A stretch of 58,994 nucleotides of DNA from Candidatus Eiseniibacteriota bacterium. Its GTDB lineage: Bacteria > Arandabacterota > Arandabacteria > Arandabacterales > Arandabacteraceae. The stretch lies in the NCBI GenBank assembly GCA_043810925.1, contig JBDRNT010000035.1, positions 1 through 58,994 of the forward strand. Reading direction: 5' to 3'. Shown in pieces: positions 55,182-58,994 of the stretch; the stretch's first letter is position 1; every line of letters begins with the position of its first letter. The translations under genes were made by a program, and so were the position numbers. The notes under the pieces are model-generated. The model was not told the origin of the DNA. It saw only the letters and a program-made list of their open reading frames with translations, and searched no databases.

Positions 55182-56891
55182 TCAACCGATATACCCTATA
55201 CCTTCAAGCCTGCGCTTTATGTCCGCATCATCTTCAGCGGTGAGATCGCGGCCGCCGGTCCTGCCCAGAAGCTCGGTGTCGGAATACTGAACAGGATTCT
55301 CAGCCACATAACCGTCTCGCAAGAACTCTTCGGCGACCTTTCCATCCATCTGTTTCGGCACCGGTAGACCGAGAAGGTGGAGCACCGTCGGAGCGATATC
55401 CAGAATCGAAAGCGGCTCCGTACGTCTCCCTTCACCAAACGCCTCTCCCGCTCCCAGCAGTATGCCCTCCATCCTGTGGTCACCGGAATTGCCATAGACC
55501 GGAAAAGCGAAGTGATTGCTCGTGAAGTCCAGTGTCCCGAGCGCCTTATACTTCATGTCCTCCGGCAGAAAGACTATGTCCGGTGCTTCATCCACGTACG
55601 GTCCATCATAGAGCTCTTCTCTGAAGTATACACGCTTAAACATATTCGAACCGGTTTCCGGGTTCGGCGTCGAAAGCAGATCGCGTTTCACCTCGGCCCT
55701 GACATCATCATATTCCTTGCCGGGTTGAACGCTCCCCGTGGGCTCACGGCCCTTCAGATTGACAAAGATCTGACCGTAGTTGCCCCGTGAATATGCCCGG
55801 GTCCGGGCCCAGTCGACATTGGAAAGCGAGAGAAAGAACCTGTTGAGTAGCATCTGCATTCTCTGACGGGAATGAAAGCCCCCGGAAAGCCTGTGTCTTG
55901 CGAGACCCAGGGCCATCGACAGTCTGTAGAAGAACACCGGTGTCAGACCCATCGAATACGTCATTCGCTTCAGCAAGGTCCCAGGATCGTTCTTGAGCAC
56001 CAGGTAGCCCCGCTTTAGGAGCCACATGTTGAAAGACAGGAAAGTGTGTATCGGGCCGAAGCCGTGGTCTGAGACTATGATCACATTGGCGTCCCCCGCA
56101 TCGGCAAGGATCCGGCCGAGCCCGTCATCGAGAGCGGAGTAGAAGCCTCTGAGTCTCGGCCCGAAACGCTTCCCCTCCTTCGCATTATAACGGGGATGGC
56201 TCTCATCGATCAAATGCCACAATTCATGCTGGGCCCTGTCGGTTCCCCAGAAGTGTGAGAAGAACAGGCTCCAGTCGGTCTTCTTCATAAGGTGACGCGT
56301 GACCTTGATATTGAAATCGAGCACATCGTAGAGCTCATCGAGTACCAGCCCTACACCTTTTTTCGAATAGACCTGGCGGTGATACAGCTTATAGGGGCCG
56401 AACTCGGCCTCCAGTTCATCAAGAAGCTCCGGGGGATAGGTGAAATCCCGCTTGCCGAATGGCGTCAGGAAACCGCTTATCATGCTGCCGTTTATCTTCT
56501 CAGGCGGGTACGTTATCGGGACACTTATCACGACGGATTCCAGGCCGCCACGGCCTGCGAGCTCCCAGATCGGGAGACCGTCGCGCAGGGTGGAGTTCAC
56601 CGGTATCTCGCCGAACGGGTTCCGGCCGGATACGGCATGCTCCGAGATTCCCTTCCTTCTTAAGAGGAACTCAAAGACACCGTGCTTGCCTGGATTAAGA
56701 CCGGTAAAAAAGCTCGTCCAAGAGGTCGCCGTAACGGGCGGAACCATGGTGAGGAGATCGCATGAGGTCCCCCGCTTAAGCAGCGAACCAAGGTTGGGCA
56801 TGGTGCCGTCTTCGGCGAATCCGGAAAACAGATCCCAGGTGGAACCATCTAGGCCGAGGATCAGGACCCTGCGCTTGAGCGAAGATGTCAT
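55182..56891 (-). CDS. Cytoplasmic alkaline-phosphatase-superfamily (type I phosphodiesterase/nucleotide pyrophosphatase-like) protein
   Basis: LGLDG, PPVTATSW.SF.TG.NPGKHG, TDRAQH, SDHGFG, GDHR.EG motifs; C-terminal RLEGIGYI. ATG overlaps the glyS TGA. Confidence 0.88.
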   Translation of the reverse strand: MTSSLKRRVLILGLDGSTWDLFSGFAEDGTMPNLGSLLKRGTSCDLLTMVPPVTATSWTSFFTGLNPGKHGVFEFLLRRKGISEHAVSGRNPFGEIPVNSTLRDGLPIWELAGRGGLESVVISVPITYPPEKINGSMISGFLTPFGKRDFTYPPELLDELEAEFGPYKLYHRQVYSKKGVGLVLDELYDVLDFNIKVTRHLMKKTDWSLFFSHFWGTDRAQHELWHLIDESHPRYNAKEGKRFGPRLRGFYSALDDGLGRILADAGDANVIIVSDHGFGPIHTFLSFNMWLLKRGYLVLKNDPGTLLKRMTYSMGLTPVFFYRLSMALGLARHRLSGGFHSRQRMQMLLNRFFLSLSNVDWARTRAYSRGNYGQIFVNLKGREPTGSVQPGKEYDDVRAEVKRDLLSTPNPETGSNMFKRVYFREELYDGPYVDEAPDIVFLPEDMKYKALGTLDFTSNHFAFPVYGNSGDHRMEGILLGAGEAFGEGRRTEPLSILDIAPTVLHLLGLPVPKQMDGKVAEEFLRDGYVAENPVQYSDTELLGRTGGRDLTAEDDADIKRRLEGIGYIG

Positions 56892-58990
56892 CAGCCTACT
56901 TCCAGCCGGGAGAAGTCGGCGATGGACAGGAAGAGATCTCTGATGTTGGCCAGAAGATTCAGCCGGTTCGCTCTTACAATCTCATCTTCGGCCATGACCA
57001 TCACCTCATCAAAGAAAACGTCTATGGGTGACGAAAGTTCCAGGAGCAGGGCCATGGCGTCATGGAACTGCTCTTTGCCGACAAGATCGGCGAATCCCTG
57101 CAAGACGGACTGGTAGCTCGCGTAGAGATCCCGTTCTGCATCTTCCTTCAGGAGCGAAGCATCTACCGGAGCGGCGACCACATCCTGCGTGATATTGTAC
57201 CCGCGCTTGAACGCCTTAAAGAGGATCTCAAAGCGGGGGTCCTTTTCGAATCCACGAATGGCCACGAGTTTCTTTCTCATCTGCGCGGGATTCAACACCC
57301 CGTGCCGGACCACACTCCGGACCATATCGAGCCGGTACCCTTCATCCACCATGAGTGTCTCCACACGCTGCTGGATGAAATCCACGACCCTGGACTGAAG
57401 ATCATCGGATTTCACAGGTAGTATCCCGCTGAACATGTCGGTCCACGACCGGATCAGATCTTCCACATCCAGGTCGATGCCCTTTTCAGCCAGTATCCTG
57501 ACGAACCCTGTGGCCTGACGTCTCAAACCGTAAGGATCCTGCGACCCGGTCGGTAACATACCCGCGCCGAAACATCCCACAAGCGTGTCAAGTCGCTCGG
57601 CAAGCGCGAGCACCGTCCCGGTTGGAGTAGACGGCAGTATGTCGCCTGCAAACCTCGGGAGATAATGCTCGTAGATCGCTTCTGCGACTTCCGCTTCCTC
57701 ACCGGAGGCGTTCGCGTATTCCTTGCCCATCAAACCCTGAAGACTCGAAAACTCCTTCTCCCGCACCATCAGCGATGTGAGATCGGCCTTGTAGAGATCC
57801 GCCGCACGTTTAACCTTTTTCACATCACTGAGGCCGGTCCGCGCAACCAGTTTCTCGGCGATCCGGCTTACCCGCTCGCTCTTCTCCCTGAGTGAACCCA
57901 GTTGTTCCTGCCACACGACATCGGTGAGCCGGGCGGCCATGGTGACGAGCCCATCCTTGAGATCCTGCTGCCAGTAGAAGTGGGCATCTTCAAGCCGGGC
58001 CTTAAGGACGCGCTCGTTACCTTCCTTTATCTTGCCGGACCTGTCCTTATCCATGTTTGCGACTGCAACGAAGTTGGGCAGTAACTTGCCGTCAGCGTCG
58101 GACACCGAAAAGAAATCCTGGTGCTCCTTAAGAGCGGTGACTATCACGGCCGCCGGCATCTGCATGAATGCGGGTGAGAACGACCCGGTAACAGCAAGAG
58201 GATACTCCACCGTGAAGGTCACACGCTCGAGGAGCTCATCGTCTTCGACGACGACCCCGCCCATGGTTGCCGCGGCTTCGGTGATCCGCTCCCCGATCAG
58301 TTTCTTCCGTTCCTCGTGATCCACGATGACGAAGTTGCGCTTAAGCTCCGCGAGATACTGATCGACCGACTTGATCTTGATCTCCTGGCTCCCGAGAAAC
58401 CTGTGACCCCGGGTCATGTCGCCTGCTTCGATCCCGGTCCACGAAAAACGTTCACCCTTGCCGTCATGACCAATCTGCCCATCCACGACAAGAGCCATCC
58501 ACCTTATCGGCCGGGCGAATCTCCGTCCCTCCTTCTCCCACTTCATCGTCTTGGGGAAACTGATTCCACCGCTTCCCTCCGTAAGCTCTGCACGCAGGAT
58601 CGCGCCCAGTTGATCTATCGCGGGACCACCCTTTGTGAGCTTCTCGATACAGACATAGTCGCCCTTGCCCTTTCTGGCCGTTTTCAAGTCAGCCACATCC
58701 ACTCCCTGGGACTTCGCGAAGCCCAGGGCTGCCTTGGTGGGCTTGCGGGAGCCGTCAAATGCGGCGCTAACGGGCGGGCCGAAAACGGTCTCGCTTGAAT
58801 CCAGCGCTCGCTCGGCAAGATCCCTTATGATAAGGACCATCCGTCTCGGTGTTCCAAGCGTGACGATCTCACCAAACTCGACGCCTGCGCTTTCGAGCCC
58901 GGACTCCACACCCGATGCAAGATCTTTGAGGGCAGGCCGTACGTAGGATGGAGGTATTTCCTCGGTACCTATTTCAAAGAGTAGCTCCAA
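56891..58990 (-). CDS. glyS: Glycyl-tRNA synthetase beta subunit (N-terminus may extend past the window edge)
   Basis: LLFEIGTEEIP, TPRR, FARPIRW, GNERVL.ARLEDA, EF.SLQG.MG, PTGSQDPYGLRR, DALR-like C-terminus (FFDEVMVM...NRL.LL). Confidence 0.96.
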   Translation of the reverse strand: MELLFEIGTEEIPPSYVRPALKDLASGVESGLESAGVEFGEIVTLGTPRRMVLIIRDLAERALDSSETVFGPPVSAAFDGSRKPTKAALGFAKSQGVDVADLKTARKGKGDYVCIEKLTKGGPAIDQLGAILRAELTEGSGGISFPKTMKWEKEGRRFARPIRWMALVVDGQIGHDGKGERFSWTGIEAGDMTRGHRFLGSQEIKIKSVDQYLAELKRNFVIVDHEERKKLIGERITEAAATMGGVVVEDDELLERVTFTVEYPLAVTGSFSPAFMQMPAAVIVTALKEHQDFFSVSDADGKLLPNFVAVANMDKDRSGKIKEGNERVLKARLEDAHFYWQQDLKDGLVTMAARLTDVVWQEQLGSLREKSERVSRIAEKLVARTGLSDVKKVKRAADLYKADLTSLMVREKEFSSLQGLMGKEYANASGEEAEVAEAIYEHYLPRFAGDILPSTPTGTVLALAERLDTLVGCFGAGMLPTGSQDPYGLRRQATGFVRILAEKGIDLDVEDLIRSWTDMFSGILPVKSDDLQSRVVDFIQQRVETLMVDEGYRLDMVRSVVRHGVLNPAQMRKKLVAIRGFEKDPRFEILFKAFKRGYNITQDVVAAPVDASLLKEDAERDLYASYQSVLQGFADLVGKEQFHDAMALLLELSSPIDVFFDEVMVMAEDEIVRANRLNLLANIRDLFLSIADFSRLEVG

Positions 58991-58994
58991 GAGT

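Noticed and set aside
49455-58990. Gly-tRNA-dependent lipid aminoacylation (MprF-like) from glyS plus LPG-synthase TM protein
   Set aside because: The 320-aa protein has only the membrane domain and no aminoacyl-transferase (DUF2156/GNAT) domain is encoded in the window.

Overview
GC-rich bacterial chromosome segment, probably from an uncultured diderm anaerobe of the FCB-group candidate phyla (Eisenbacteria/Latescibacterota/Krumholzibacteriota-like). That placement is inferred only from gene content: FlgD-Ig/T9SS-like C-termini, YfhO/GT-C clusters and HdrBC. From left to right the window holds: a GT-C-like membrane protein, a DUF1624 protein and an FHA-GAF histidine kinase; an hdrC-hdrB-lpdA operon and a stand-alone receiver; a secreted M14 carboxypeptidase, clpB, a rhomboid protease and a membrane/spermidine-synthase/TPR fusion; an intact IS630 inserted in the stop codon of a ZAS anti-sigma gene beside its ECF sigma; an HDAC-family deacetylase, an atypical rpsU-Zn peptide-rpmI unit, a sigma54 activator, ppdK and an S8 peptidase; a ~250-nt structured intergenic element and an internally deleted class III aminotransferase with DUF4438 and HD genes; a block of lipoproteins and secreted proteins; and a ~15.7-kb envelope glycosylation cluster coupled to glyS. 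No rRNA, tRNA or CRISPR array was seen. The best leads are the unidentified structured element at 27764-28015, the HdrBC-Lpd operon lacking HdrA, a two-state leader upstream of the 1100-aa secreted protein, the glycosylation operon and a consensus sigma54 promoter driving a micro-ORF. All family calls come from motif reading; no database search was run.
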